From assembly GCA_037129475.1 (NCBI GenBank), contig JBAXUY010000004.1, positions 2,111-66,110 of the forward strand: DNA of 64,000 nt. Reading direction: 5' to 3'. Both the position numbers and the translations under genes were made by a program. This document shows positions 9,301 to 16,279 of this stretch, piece after piece (within the stretch, counting starts at the first letter, position 1; each line of letters begins with the position of its first letter). A model generated the notes under the pieces. That model was not told the DNA's origin and made no database searches. It worked only from the letters and a program-made list of their open reading frames with translations. Source of the stretch: Planctomycetia bacterium (lineage in GTDB: Bacteria > Planctomycetota > Planctomycetia > Pirellulales > UBA1268).

Positions 9301-9501
9301 GACGTGGTCACGGCCGAAGAGCCCGACGTGGCCCGCGAGCCGCGCGTGAAGCAGTCGCCGGGGGCCGTGCTCGGCGATGCGAAGCATCCGTTCTTCTGGG
9401 CCGGCTATGTCCTCGTCGACTGCGGCCGGGGCACGTATGAAGAGCCCGCCGCACCTGCGCGGGCGCCGGCCGCCGCCGCCCCACCCAAGGCGGCGCCATG
9501 A
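6388..9501 (+). CDS. Secreted TPR-like / CHAT-domain protein (CHAT catalytic dyad apparently substituted)
   Basis: 1037 aa with signal peptide MFRRAVCVPCLLSAVIFVALPSSARS and a helical-repeat N-terminal half. The C-terminal CHAT hallmarks are ELVIVPDGLLWYLPFELLP, PQLVIVPGLQTE, LLAAGATTAVVSRWRV and HPFFWAGYVLVDCG. Confidence 0.75.
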   Translation: MFRRAVCVPCLLSAVIFVALPSSARSQIVLQPGLGGVQGGRTVPTAGYDAALVALAAGDFASGLEIASQEYRGGIRAGAQRWIDSIAAAMAVGEANYELGRFREAIAAYDEALLLWATYGDWLLAVQFPQQPLRGLAQQRVATWGRSQRTTAPAAIPDPLTIRQGGADPQQVLKQGGVLTSPADYPIRPQEIVRSLVISLYRRAEILGELARDGAALDDAAKALIRRPAPPNHWSQSWIDVSLGVAYWAQGKADQATPLLNRGLIAANQFDHPLTSWGLIVLGRIALDADQPAAALKYFEEATYTAADYGDARALEEAFRLAFTAHMAAGTGAMPPAFGLASEWARANLPAMRARLLAMQAEGLAVAGNLKAASAALDEIDGRLLRGDFGRGTCGIQAAYAAALVAYRSGEIASGDTQLDRALSLAQPRTPKLFQTARLVELVMGGATTISDRQADALFTKLLGDPAPRDFTLDPVGTLATMSAPRREAFEAWLAPASRRGHDAFLAAGEARLRSHWLSSQPLGGRRTALETLAGAAPEVLPRAAAARRAALLARHPDFARVLDEAAKQRPALIAALAAPAGGPAQDVGWDSYAALGRQQRQFIAALAASREPTTLDFPPLDAPADVRRRLPDRHLILSFQWTAAGLAGFLESNARVATWQIKRPVALAKEIAGLTKAIGIVDAVAPVSTERMLETEWPAAAERVERLLFENSKVSLGSGVEELVIVPDGLLWYLPFELLPVGSAREVAVDDPAAGSAGPRALLRDACRIRYAPTRSLAVRRFEPAAVDGMLGVQAVRPFRGDRPEVGAAVTARFAEAFDRVVSLSAAGSAALAASLCDRLVLADELVGDGPIAERPLAVNVSGKPGFTFGDWLSPPPKRPQLVIVPGLQTEMADGLAKLPARPGDDLFVAATDLLAAGATTAVVSRWRVGGKLAVDLVEEFLRDLDVEPDADDEAPQVRSRVAASWQRAVDVVTAEEPDVAREPRVKQSPGAVLGDAKHPFFWAGYVLVDCGRGTYEEPAAPARAPAAAAPPKAAP

Positions 9502-10337
9502 CGGAGGCCGCCACGGCAGCCGGGCTCGGCACCGATGTCGGCGGCTTCGCGCTGCTCGCGATCGTCACGTTCGTGGCGGCCGCGGTGAACTCCGTCGCAG
9601 GGGGCGGCACGATCCTCACGTTCCCGGCGCTCGCGGCAATCTTGCCGGCTGGCCCCTCGCGGCTGGTGGTCGCCAATGCCACGAGCACGATCGGCCTCTG
9701 GCCGGGGGCCGTGTCGGCGGCGTGGGCCTATCGCGGCGAGCGGGTCGGGCAGCCGGCGTTCACGCGCTGGCTCGTGGTGCCGAGCATCGTGGGTGCGTTG
9801 CTCGGCGCATGGCTCGTGGTGGTGCTGCCGCCGGAGTGGTTCGCCACGCTCGTGCCGTGGCTGATTCTCGTGGCCGCGGTGCTGTTCGCGCTCCAGCCGC
9901 AGATCGTGGGCCTGGCGGCGCGGCTTCGCGGGCCGGCAGCCGATCGGCCCGCCGCGCGCCCTGCGGCCGGCCTGCCGCTCGCCTGCCTGCTGCAGTTTCT
10001 CGTGGCGGTCTACGGGGGCTACTTCGGCGCCGGCATCGGCATTCTGATGCTCGCGATGCTCGGCCTGCTCGGCCTCGGCGACATCCACAAGCTCAACGCC
10101 GTGAAAAACGTGCTTGGCATGCTCATCAACGGTGCCGCGGCCCTGCTCTTCGCCGTCGGCTCGTTCGCCGGATCGCACGCCGTCTCGTGGCCGCACGCCG
10201 CGGTGATGGCCGCGAGCGCCGTCGCCGGCGGCTTTGCCGGCGCGATCGTCGCCCGCCGGTTGCCCGCCCCGATCGTGCGCCGTGCCGTCGCCCTCATCGC
10301 CTTCGCCCTCGCCGGCTATTATTTCATTACGGGCTGA
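9498..10337 (+). CDS. TauE/SafE (DUF81) family anion exporter, membrane protein
   Basis: 279 aa and multi-TM, with the family-typical N-terminus VNSVAGGGTILTFPAL and a second-half repeat GGYFGAGIGILMLAML. Its ATG overlaps the preceding stop (ATGA, 9498-9501). Confidence 0.85.
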   Translation: MTEAATAAGLGTDVGGFALLAIVTFVAAAVNSVAGGGTILTFPALAAILPAGPSRLVVANATSTIGLWPGAVSAAWAYRGERVGQPAFTRWLVVPSIVGALLGAWLVVVLPPEWFATLVPWLILVAAVLFALQPQIVGLAARLRGPAADRPAARPAAGLPLACLLQFLVAVYGGYFGAGIGILMLAMLGLLGLGDIHKLNAVKNVLGMLINGAAALLFAVGSFAGSHAVSWPHAAVMAASAVAGGFAGAIVARRLPAPIVRRAVALIAFALAGYYFITG

Positions 10338-10373
10338 TTTTGATTCCGCGACTCGCATCGATAGTTTGATGGC

Positions 10374-10688
10374 ATGAACCCTGTCGCATCAAAAATAGAG
10401 ATTGTCGGTCGGCTGCAGGCAATTGCTGACCGCATGCACGGGCTTGGAGTCAATCGAGTGTCTCTGTTCGGGTCGTGGGCTCGCGATGCTGGCCATGAGG
10501 CAAGCGACATCGACCTGCTGGTCGAGTTTCGTCCGCGCGAAAAAACATTCGCGCGGTACGTCGAGCTCGCCGAGTTGTTCGAGGCAGTTCTCGGGCGGCC
10601 GGTGGATCTCGTCACGACGGACGGCCTCTCACCGCATATTGGCCCGAAGATTCGGGAAGAGGCTGTCGATGTCGTTCGCGCCGCATGA
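10374..10688 (+). CDS. mntA: MntA-type nucleotidyltransferase antitoxin
   Basis: 104 aa with the minimal NTase motif LFGSWARDAGHEASDIDLLVEF. It overlaps the downstream HEPN gene by 20 nt. Confidence 0.85.
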   Translation: MNPVASKIEIVGRLQAIADRMHGLGVNRVSLFGSWARDAGHEASDIDLLVEFRPREKTFARYVELAELFEAVLGRPVDLVTTDGLSPHIGPKIREEAVDVVRAA

Positions 10689-11016
10689 CTACCCGCGACA
10701 CATCCTGGATGAATGCGATTTTCTCCTCGACACCGCGGCCGGCGTAACCGCCGAGGCATTCCTTGCCGACAAGACGCTTCGGAGAGCCTTTCAACGGAGC
10801 CTGGAAGTCATCGGCGAGGCCTCGAAGCAACTCTCCGGAGACTTTCGGTCAACACATCCTGATCTCCCGTGGAGGGAAATGGCTGCCATGCGCGACCGAT
10901 TGATTCACGGCTATTTTGGAGTCGACGACGCAATCGTCTGGGACGTCGTGCAGTCGCACATTCCACTTGTTCGCGCGGCTGTGCTAGAGATTCTCACTGG
11001 CTACGATGACGGCTGA
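10669..11016 (+). CDS. hepT: HepT (DUF86, HEPN-domain) toxin
   Basis: The internal ATG at 10669 of track ORF 10402..11016 gives MSFAPHDYPRHILDECDFL..., with the HEPN Rx4H motif in RDRLIHGYFGVD. The size (115 aa) is typical. Confidence 0.85.
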   Translation: MSFAPHDYPRHILDECDFLLDTAAGVTAEAFLADKTLRRAFQRSLEVIGEASKQLSGDFRSTHPDLPWREMAAMRDRLIHGYFGVDDAIVWDVVQSHIPLVRAAVLEILTGYDDG

Positions 11017-11061
11017 GAGGCTTTCAACGGTTTTTTCTCTGAAAGCGTCGCACCCGTGCCC

Positions 11062-11149
11062 GTAGGGACGGAGCTCCGACTCTGTCCATTCGACAGGCCT
11101 GGAGGCCTGTCGCTACAAGCATTCAACAGGCCTGGAGGCGTGTCGCTAC
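11062..11149 (-). repeat. REP/BIME-like cluster (B unit, A unit, degenerate A unit; GTAG heads on the left for B and CTAC tails for A)
   Basis: The units are gtagggacggagctccgactctgtcc, cgacaggcctggaggcctgtcgctac and caacaggcctggaggcgtgtcgctac. Confidence 0.9.
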
Positions 11150-11155
11150 AAGCCC

Positions 11156-12028
11156 ATGCTCGTCGAAACGGTCGATCTCACGAAGCGGTATGGCGCGTTC
11201 ACGGCGCTCGATTGCTGTTCGTTCGGCGTGCGCGAGGGGGAGATCTTCGGCCTGCTCGGCCCCAACGGTGCCGGCAAGACCACGCTCCTGCGGCTTTTGC
11301 TCGGGTTCATCCACCCCACGGCCGGCTCGGCCCGCGTGGCCGGGTTCGACTGCGTGGCCGAGTCGCTCGCCGTGCGGGCCCGCACGGCCTACCTGCCCGG
11401 TGAGGCCCGGCTGTTTCGCCGCATGAACGGCTTTCAGACGCTCGACTTCTTCGCCGGGCTGCGCCGCGAATGTCGGCGCGACCGGGCCGCCGAGGTGGCC
11501 CGCCGGCTCGATCTCGACTGTTCCCGGCAGGTGGCCCGCATGAGCACGGGCATGCGGCAGAAATTGGCACTCGCCGCGGTGCTCGCCACCGACTCTGCGC
11601 TCACGATTCTCGACGAGCCCACGGCCAATCTCGACCCCACGGCCCGGGCCGAGGTGCTCGCGCTTGTCCGCGAGGCCCGCGCGGCGGGCCGCACCGTGAT
11701 TTTTTCGTCGCACGTTCTCTCGGAAGTCGAAACCACCTGCGACCGCGTGGCGATCGTGCGGGCCGGGCGGCTCGTGCACGAGCAGTGCATCGCCGATCTG
11801 CGCCGCAGCCACCGGATCACGGCCCGGCTGGCGGGCGCGTGGAAGGCGATCCCGGCCGAACTCGAGTCTCACGCCACGCTCGTCTCCCAGCGCGACGGCC
11901 GCGTGGTGCTCGAGTCGGGCGACTCGCTCGCGCCGCTCCTCGGCTGGCTGGCCACGCTGCCGCTCGACGAAGTGCAGATCGAGCCCGTGGGGCTCGGCGG
12001 CATCTATGATCGCTTCCACCGTATGTAG
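11156..12028 (+). CDS. ABC transporter ATP-binding protein (ABC-2 type system)
   Basis: It has Walker A GLLGPNGAGKTT, signature MSTGMRQKL and Walker B LTILDEPTANLD. Its stop TAG lies inside the GTAGGGAC head of the next repeat. Confidence 0.9.
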   Translation: MLVETVDLTKRYGAFTALDCCSFGVREGEIFGLLGPNGAGKTTLLRLLLGFIHPTAGSARVAGFDCVAESLAVRARTAYLPGEARLFRRMNGFQTLDFFAGLRRECRRDRAAEVARRLDLDCSRQVARMSTGMRQKLALAAVLATDSALTILDEPTANLDPTARAEVLALVREARAAGRTVIFSSHVLSEVETTCDRVAIVRAGRLVHEQCIADLRRSHRITARLAGAWKAIPAELESHATLVSQRDGRVVLESGDSLAPLLGWLATLPLDEVQIEPVGLGGIYDRFHRM

Positions 12029-12115
12029 GGACGGAGCTCCAGCTCTGTCCATCGACTCCACGTAGGGACGGAGCTCCAGCTCTGTCCATCGACAGGCCTG
12101 GAGGCCTGTCGCTAC
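12025..12115 (-). repeat. REP/BIME-like cluster (B, B, A in reverse composite orientation)
   Basis: Two copies of gtagggacggagctccagctctgtcc are followed by cgacaggcctggaggcctgtcgctac. Confidence 0.9.
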
Positions 12116-12126
12116 AAAACACGCAC

Positions 12127-12957
12127 ATGTTCAATACCGCTATCTGGAAAAAAACGTGGGGCGACCAGCGCGTGCTGGTGCTGTCGTTCGTCGCACTCTG
12201 GTCGGCGTTTCCGTGGATCTACATCTGGCTGTCGTCGCAGATCCCGATGCCCGCCTTTCAAGACGTGCTGCTGCGGGCGATCCCGCAGGATTGGCAGCGG
12301 CTCTCCGGCGTGCCGTTTTCCGAGGTGGCCACCCATGCCGGCCGCGTGGCGCTCGCGTTCGTCGATCCGGTGGTGGTGCTCGCCGCCACGGTGTTCGGGA
12401 TCACACGCGGCAGCGATGCCGTGTCGGGCCCGCTCGAGCGGGGCACGATGGAGATGGTGCTCGCCCAGCCTGTGAATCGCGTGGCGGTGTTCGTGTCGCA
12501 GGCGCTCGCCACGATTGCGGCGGCCGCCCTGCTCTCGGCCGTGCTCTTCGGCGCCGCGGCGTCGGCGGTGGCGCTCGGGCCGTGGGCGGGCAAGGTCGAT
12601 CCGCTGCGGCTGGTGCCTGCGGCGCTCAATGTGTTTGGCCTCATGGTGTGCATGGCAGGGATCTCGGCCTGCGTGTCGGCGGCCGACAGTTACCGCTGGC
12701 GCACGATCGGGATCATGTGCGGGTTTTACGTATTCGCGATCCTGGCGAAGCTCGTGGGCCGGCTTTCCACCACGCTCGGCTGGTGCGGCTATTTCTCGAT
12801 CCTCAACGCCTACGAGCCGCAGCGGCTGGTGGGCGATCCCGCCACGGCGTGGAGGCTGCTGCTGGCCTACGACGGCGTGCTGCTGGGCCTCGGCCTCGCG
12901 GCATATGCGGTGGGAGCGTGGGTGTTCGCGAAACGCGACCTCCCCGCGCCGCTGTAG
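12127..12957 (+). CDS. ABC-2 family transporter permease
   Basis: 276 aa and multi-TM, lying immediately downstream of the ATPase. Its stop TAG is the TAG of a GTAGCGAC repeat head. Confidence 0.75.
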   Translation: MFNTAIWKKTWGDQRVLVLSFVALWSAFPWIYIWLSSQIPMPAFQDVLLRAIPQDWQRLSGVPFSEVATHAGRVALAFVDPVVVLAATVFGITRGSDAVSGPLERGTMEMVLAQPVNRVAVFVSQALATIAAAALLSAVLFGAAASAVALGPWAGKVDPLRLVPAALNVFGLMVCMAGISACVSAADSYRWRTIGIMCGFYVFAILAKLVGRLSTTLGWCGYFSILNAYEPQRLVGDPATAWRLLLAYDGVLLGLGLAAYAVGAWVFAKRDLPAPL

Positions 12958-13113
12958 CGACAGGCCTCCAGGCCTGTCGAAATTCCCACGTAGCGACGGG
13001 CCTCCAGGCCTGTCGAAATTCCCACGTAGCGACAGGTCTCCAGGCCTGTCGAAATTCCCACGTAGCGACAGGCCTCCAGGCCTGTCGAAGGACAGAGCTT
13101 GATCTCTGTCCCT
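12954..13113 (+). repeat. Tandem REP array: 4 A units at a 36-nt period followed by one inverted B unit
   Basis: A-unit starts at 12954, 12990, 13026 and 13062, each followed by the linker aaattcccac. The array ends with ggacagagcttgatctctgtccct. Confidence 0.95.
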
Positions 13114-13170
13114 CCGGAGATGCCGCTGTAGCGTTCGATCGGCTGGTTGCCGCATACTATTGACCGCCCC

Positions 13171-13177
13171 AAGGAGG
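13171..13177 (+). promoter_or_regulatory. Shine-Dalgarno AAGGAGG for the TPR protein gene
   Basis: AAGGAGG lies 6 nt upstream of the ATG at 13184. This supports that start over the TTG at 13160 used in the track. Confidence 0.6.
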
Positions 13178-13183
13178 TTCGCG

Positions 13184-14890
13184 ATGCCCCTGCGACTGCT
13201 GCTCCTGCTCGCTCTCTGTCTGCCCTGTGGCGCGGCGTCCGCCGCCGACGAGCCCGGCCAGGCCGATCTCGATGCCGCCATCGATGCGAAGCTGGCCGCC
13301 GACAACTTCGACGACTTCGGGGCCGTGCTCGAGCTCTGCCAGTCGGCCCTCAAGAAAGGTCTCGACGAAGAAGGCAAGAAGTTCGCCGCTGACCTCTACA
13401 CCGGCACGCTCATGGACCGGGCGAGCATGGTGGTGGAGGCGATCTTCGACGGTCCGAATCCCGACCCGCAGTGGCAGCGGATGCGGGAGTTCGCGATGCG
13501 CGACCTCGACGAAGCCATCGACCGCGATCCGAAGCTCGGGGCGGTCTGGCTGATGACCGCCCGCCTGCAGAGCCTACCCGGCGGCGACCGCAAGCGGGCC
13601 GACGAGGCGGCCGACAAGGCGATCGACCTCGGCGGCGACGACAAGCTCCTGGTCGCCCAGGCCCACGTCATCCGCGGCAACCTCCGCGACGACGACAAGG
13701 CCGCGCGGGCGGCCGACTACGACAAGGCGGTGGAGCTCGCCCCGCGTGACAAAGACGTGCGCCGCACCCGCGGCCTCTTCCACCTGCTCAACGACGAGTT
13801 CGACGAAGCCCGGGCCGACCTCGCGGTGGCGATCGAGGAGGATCCCGACGACGTCTCGCTGCTCGAGGCCCTCGGCATGGCCTACATGATGGAAAACAAG
13901 CTCGACGAGGCGCAGAAGGCGTTCGACAAGGCGATCGACATCGACCCCGACGCCCCCGGCGCGCTGCTCCAGCGGGCCCGCGTGCTCGCGCTCAAGGGGG
14001 AGCAGCCGAAGGCGATCGCCGACCTCGACAAGGCGATCGAGCTCGATCCCGACGACGCGATCCCGCTCGTGCTCCGGGCCCGCATCCACCAGCAGGCCGG
14101 CAACACGGAGCAGGCCCAGGCCGACCTCGAAAGCGTGCTTCGCCGACGGGCCGACCATCCCGCGGCCCTCGAGCTCCGTGGCCTGATCGCCGCCGAGCGC
14201 AACGACTATCCTGCGGCGATTCGCGACTTCCGCAAGCTCGTGTCGCAGCATGGCGACGACGCCCTGCTCGTGGGCCAGCTCGGCATGCTCTACCTCGCGG
14301 CGAAACAGCCCCGCGAGGCGATCAAGCGATTCACGCGGGCGCTCGAGCTCGACGACAGGCAGTTCCTGAGCCGCCGCGGCCGCAGCGACGCGGCGATCTC
14401 GATCGGCGACCACAAGGCCGCCCTCGACGACCTCGAGAAAGCGCTCGAGCTCGACGATGACAACGACGGCGTGCTCAACAACCTCGCCTGGCTGTTGGCC
14501 ACGTCCCCCGACGACTCGATCCGCGACGGCAAGCGGGCGATCGACCTGGCGACGAAGGCCTGCGAAGAGACGGAGTGGAAGCAGGCCCACATCATCAGCA
14601 CGCTGGCAGCCAGCTACGCCGAGACGGGCGATTTTGCGAAGGCCCGCGAATACAGCCAGAAGGCGGTGGAGACGGGCGGCGAGTCGCCGGAAGTGAAGGA
14701 GCAGCTGCAACACGAGCTCGCCAGCTACGAGGCGGAGAAGCCGTGGCGCGAGCGGCAGGAATTGGCCGAGGCGAAGCTCGCCGAAGCGGGAGGCGACCTC
14801 GTGCTCGAAGCAGTGCGTGAGGATGAGGAAGACGCGCCGGCCGAGAAGCAGGCCGCGGAGAAAAAGCCCCGTCGCCCCTTCGACGAGTAG
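13184..14890 (+). CDS. Secreted tetratricopeptide (TPR) repeat protein
   Basis: It has signal peptide MPLRLLLLLALCLPCGAASA and many 34-aa TPR-like units (A..D.DKAIELDPDD pattern repeated), with an acidic C-terminal tail. Confidence 0.85.
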   Translation: MPLRLLLLLALCLPCGAASAADEPGQADLDAAIDAKLAADNFDDFGAVLELCQSALKKGLDEEGKKFAADLYTGTLMDRASMVVEAIFDGPNPDPQWQRMREFAMRDLDEAIDRDPKLGAVWLMTARLQSLPGGDRKRADEAADKAIDLGGDDKLLVAQAHVIRGNLRDDDKAARAADYDKAVELAPRDKDVRRTRGLFHLLNDEFDEARADLAVAIEEDPDDVSLLEALGMAYMMENKLDEAQKAFDKAIDIDPDAPGALLQRARVLALKGEQPKAIADLDKAIELDPDDAIPLVLRARIHQQAGNTEQAQADLESVLRRRADHPAALELRGLIAAERNDYPAAIRDFRKLVSQHGDDALLVGQLGMLYLAAKQPREAIKRFTRALELDDRQFLSRRGRSDAAISIGDHKAALDDLEKALELDDDNDGVLNNLAWLLATSPDDSIRDGKRAIDLATKACEETEWKQAHIISTLAASYAETGDFAKAREYSQKAVETGGESPEVKEQLQHELASYEAEKPWRERQELAEAKLAEAGGDLVLEAVREDEEDAPAEKQAAEKKPRRPFDE

Positions 14891-14897
14891 GCACTCC

Positions 14898-15059
14898 GTA
14901 GCGACAGGCCTCCAGGCCTGTCGAAATTCCGACGTATCGACGGGCCTCCAGGCCTGTCGGATTTCCGTCGTAGCGACAGGCCTCCAGGCCTGTCGGATTT
15001 CTTTCGTAGCGACGGGCCTCCAGGCCTGTCGCCGGACAGAGCTGGAGCTCTGTCCCTAC
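14898..15059 (+). repeat. Tandem REP array: 4 A units (36-nt period) plus an inverted B unit
   Basis: A-unit starts at 14898, 14934, 14970 and 15006; the B unit is ggacagagctggagctctgtccctac at 15034-15059. Its CTA (15056-15058) is the minus-strand TAG stop of the next gene. Confidence 0.95.
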
Positions 15060-15628
15060 ATTCCCACACGTCGCGCGGCGGCAGTGTTGCCGGCACGTTG
15101 CCAGGCCTTGAACGCCAGCTGTCTCGCGTCGGCTGCGAGGTCGGTGCGGCCGTCGGTGTCGGCTCGCGTCGCAATCCGTTCGGCCGCCTCGGCGAGCCGC
15201 GTGGCGCGGGCGGGGTCGAGCGGCCGCAGCGGGATCTCGGCGAGCGATTCGAATTCGATCGCGAGTTCGTCCACGTCGAACACGGCCGACGTCAGCGTGA
15301 CGGCGCGGCTCACGATCTCGGCGCTGCCGGCGGCGGCTCCGAGCCGGCGGGCCTCGTCGAGCATGAGCCACTTGAGGGCGGTCTGCGGCTCCTCGTGGGC
15401 GGCGGCGAGGAGCGTGTCGGCGGCGGTGCGGGCGCCGGCCGCGGTTTCGGTGTGGGAGAGGGCGCCTTTGAACCGGGCCTTGAGGGCGGCGCGGGCGTCC
15501 ACGAGGTCGCGCTGCGAGGGGGGCCGGGGCAGGGCGGCCGAGGCGGGCAGTTGCCGCATCGTGGGGCGATCCTCGGCGTGGGCGGCCGAGGCAAGGATGA
15601 TCACGAGCAAAACAGCGCGGAGCGGCAT
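15056..15628 (-). CDS. Secreted hypothetical protein (190 aa)
   Basis: The track ORF 15056..15805 begins inside the repeat array. The ATG at 15628 gives MPLRAVLLVIILASAAHAEDRP..., a signal peptide. The helical Ala-rich body resembles the N-terminal module of the 33255..34697 protein. Confidence 0.6.
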   Translation of the reverse strand: MPLRAVLLVIILASAAHAEDRPTMRQLPASAALPRPPSQRDLVDARAALKARFKGALSHTETAAGARTAADTLLAAAHEEPQTALKWLMLDEARRLGAAAGSAEIVSRAVTLTSAVFDVDELAIEFESLAEIPLRPLDPARATRLAEAAERIATRADTDGRTDLAADARQLAFKAWQRAGNTAAARRVGM

Positions 15629-15631
15629 CTC

Positions 15632-15792
15632 GTACCGACGGGCCTCCAGGCCTGTCGGATTTCTCTCGTAGCGACGGGCCTCCAGGCCTGTCGGATTTCT
15701 TTCGTAGCGACGGGCCTCCAGGCCTGTCGAAGGACAGGGCTGGAGCCCTGTCCCTACTTTGCCAAAGGACAGGGCTGGAGCCCTGTCCGTAC
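15632..15792 (+). repeat. Tandem REP array: 3 A units (36-nt period) plus 2 inverted B' units (GGACAGGGCTGGAGCCCTGTCC)
   Basis: A-unit starts at 15632, 15668 and 15704; the B' units are at 15732-15757 and 15767-15792. Confidence 0.95.
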
Positions 15793-15801
15793 GGGCGCGG
15801 C

Positions 15802-16224
15802 TCACCGGCGTGGGTAGAAGTGCGACAGGTTTTGATACGTCGAGGCGTGGCCGGTGGGGCGGATCGTCTCGTCGACCTGCCGGCTCGTCGTGTCACGCTG
15901 GATCTGCTGCACCTGGTTTTGCAGCCGTCCGAGTTGCCGCGTTTGGCTCTGCTGCTCAATCACCTGCTGCTGCTGCTGGAGCTGCGGCTGGATGATCTGC
16001 TGATAGATCAACGAATTGTTGGCAACGGCGCCCGTCTGATTGTTGACTGTCATCGGACTTTGCGGGTTCCCCATCAGTGTGTAGGGGCTCACCGCCGGCC
16101 GCGAGTAAATGTTTGAAAATGGCAATTTTCCATTCCCCTGCGCCGCGGCCGTGCCGGCCAGGCCGAGGCTCACACCGGCCGCCACGACGACCACAACTGC
16201 CCACATCCGCGTCTGCCGTGTCAT
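15802..16224 (-). CDS. Secreted Gln-rich hypothetical protein
   Basis: GAGGAG lies 7 nt upstream of the ATG at 16224. The product has signal peptide MTRQTRMWAVVVVVAAGVSLGLAGTAAAQ followed by a Q-rich coil (QQIIQPQLQQQQQVIEQQSQTRQLGRLQNQVQQIQ). Confidence 0.6.
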   Translation of the reverse strand: MTRQTRMWAVVVVVAAGVSLGLAGTAAAQGNGKLPFSNIYSRPAVSPYTLMGNPQSPMTVNNQTGAVANNSLIYQQIIQPQLQQQQQVIEQQSQTRQLGRLQNQVQQIQRDTTSRQVDETIRPTGHASTYQNLSHFYPRR

Positions 16225-16279
16225 AGCGATGCTCCTCTGATCGATCCTCACCCACTACGCTCGAAGTATACGCCCTGGT

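Noticed and set aside
5734-9387. 1217-aa minus-strand ORF opposite the TPR/CHAT gene.
   Set aside because: It has the same shadow-ORF character, its start runs through REP units, and the plus-strand gene has a signal peptide and CHAT motifs.
12954-13113. CRISPR-like appearance: 26-nt palindromic repeats at a regular 36-nt period. Similar arrays occur at 14898, 15632, 25781, 28559 and 29988.
   Set aside because: The 'spacers' are only 10-12 nt and nearly identical within an array. The repeats carry GTAG heads and end in inverted partner units, and no cas genes or leader are present. This fits REP/BIME arrays, not CRISPR.
12156-13163. Apparent tandem peptide repeats (ATGLQACRNSHV, RPGGLSL, TGLEARRYVGIS) in several track ORFs, for example 12156..13163, 12112..13377, 14595..15959, 14817..15671 and 22010..23347.
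   Set aside because: These are simply translations of the REP arrays in various frames. The ORFs fuse repeat DNA to out-of-frame or antisense parts of real genes.
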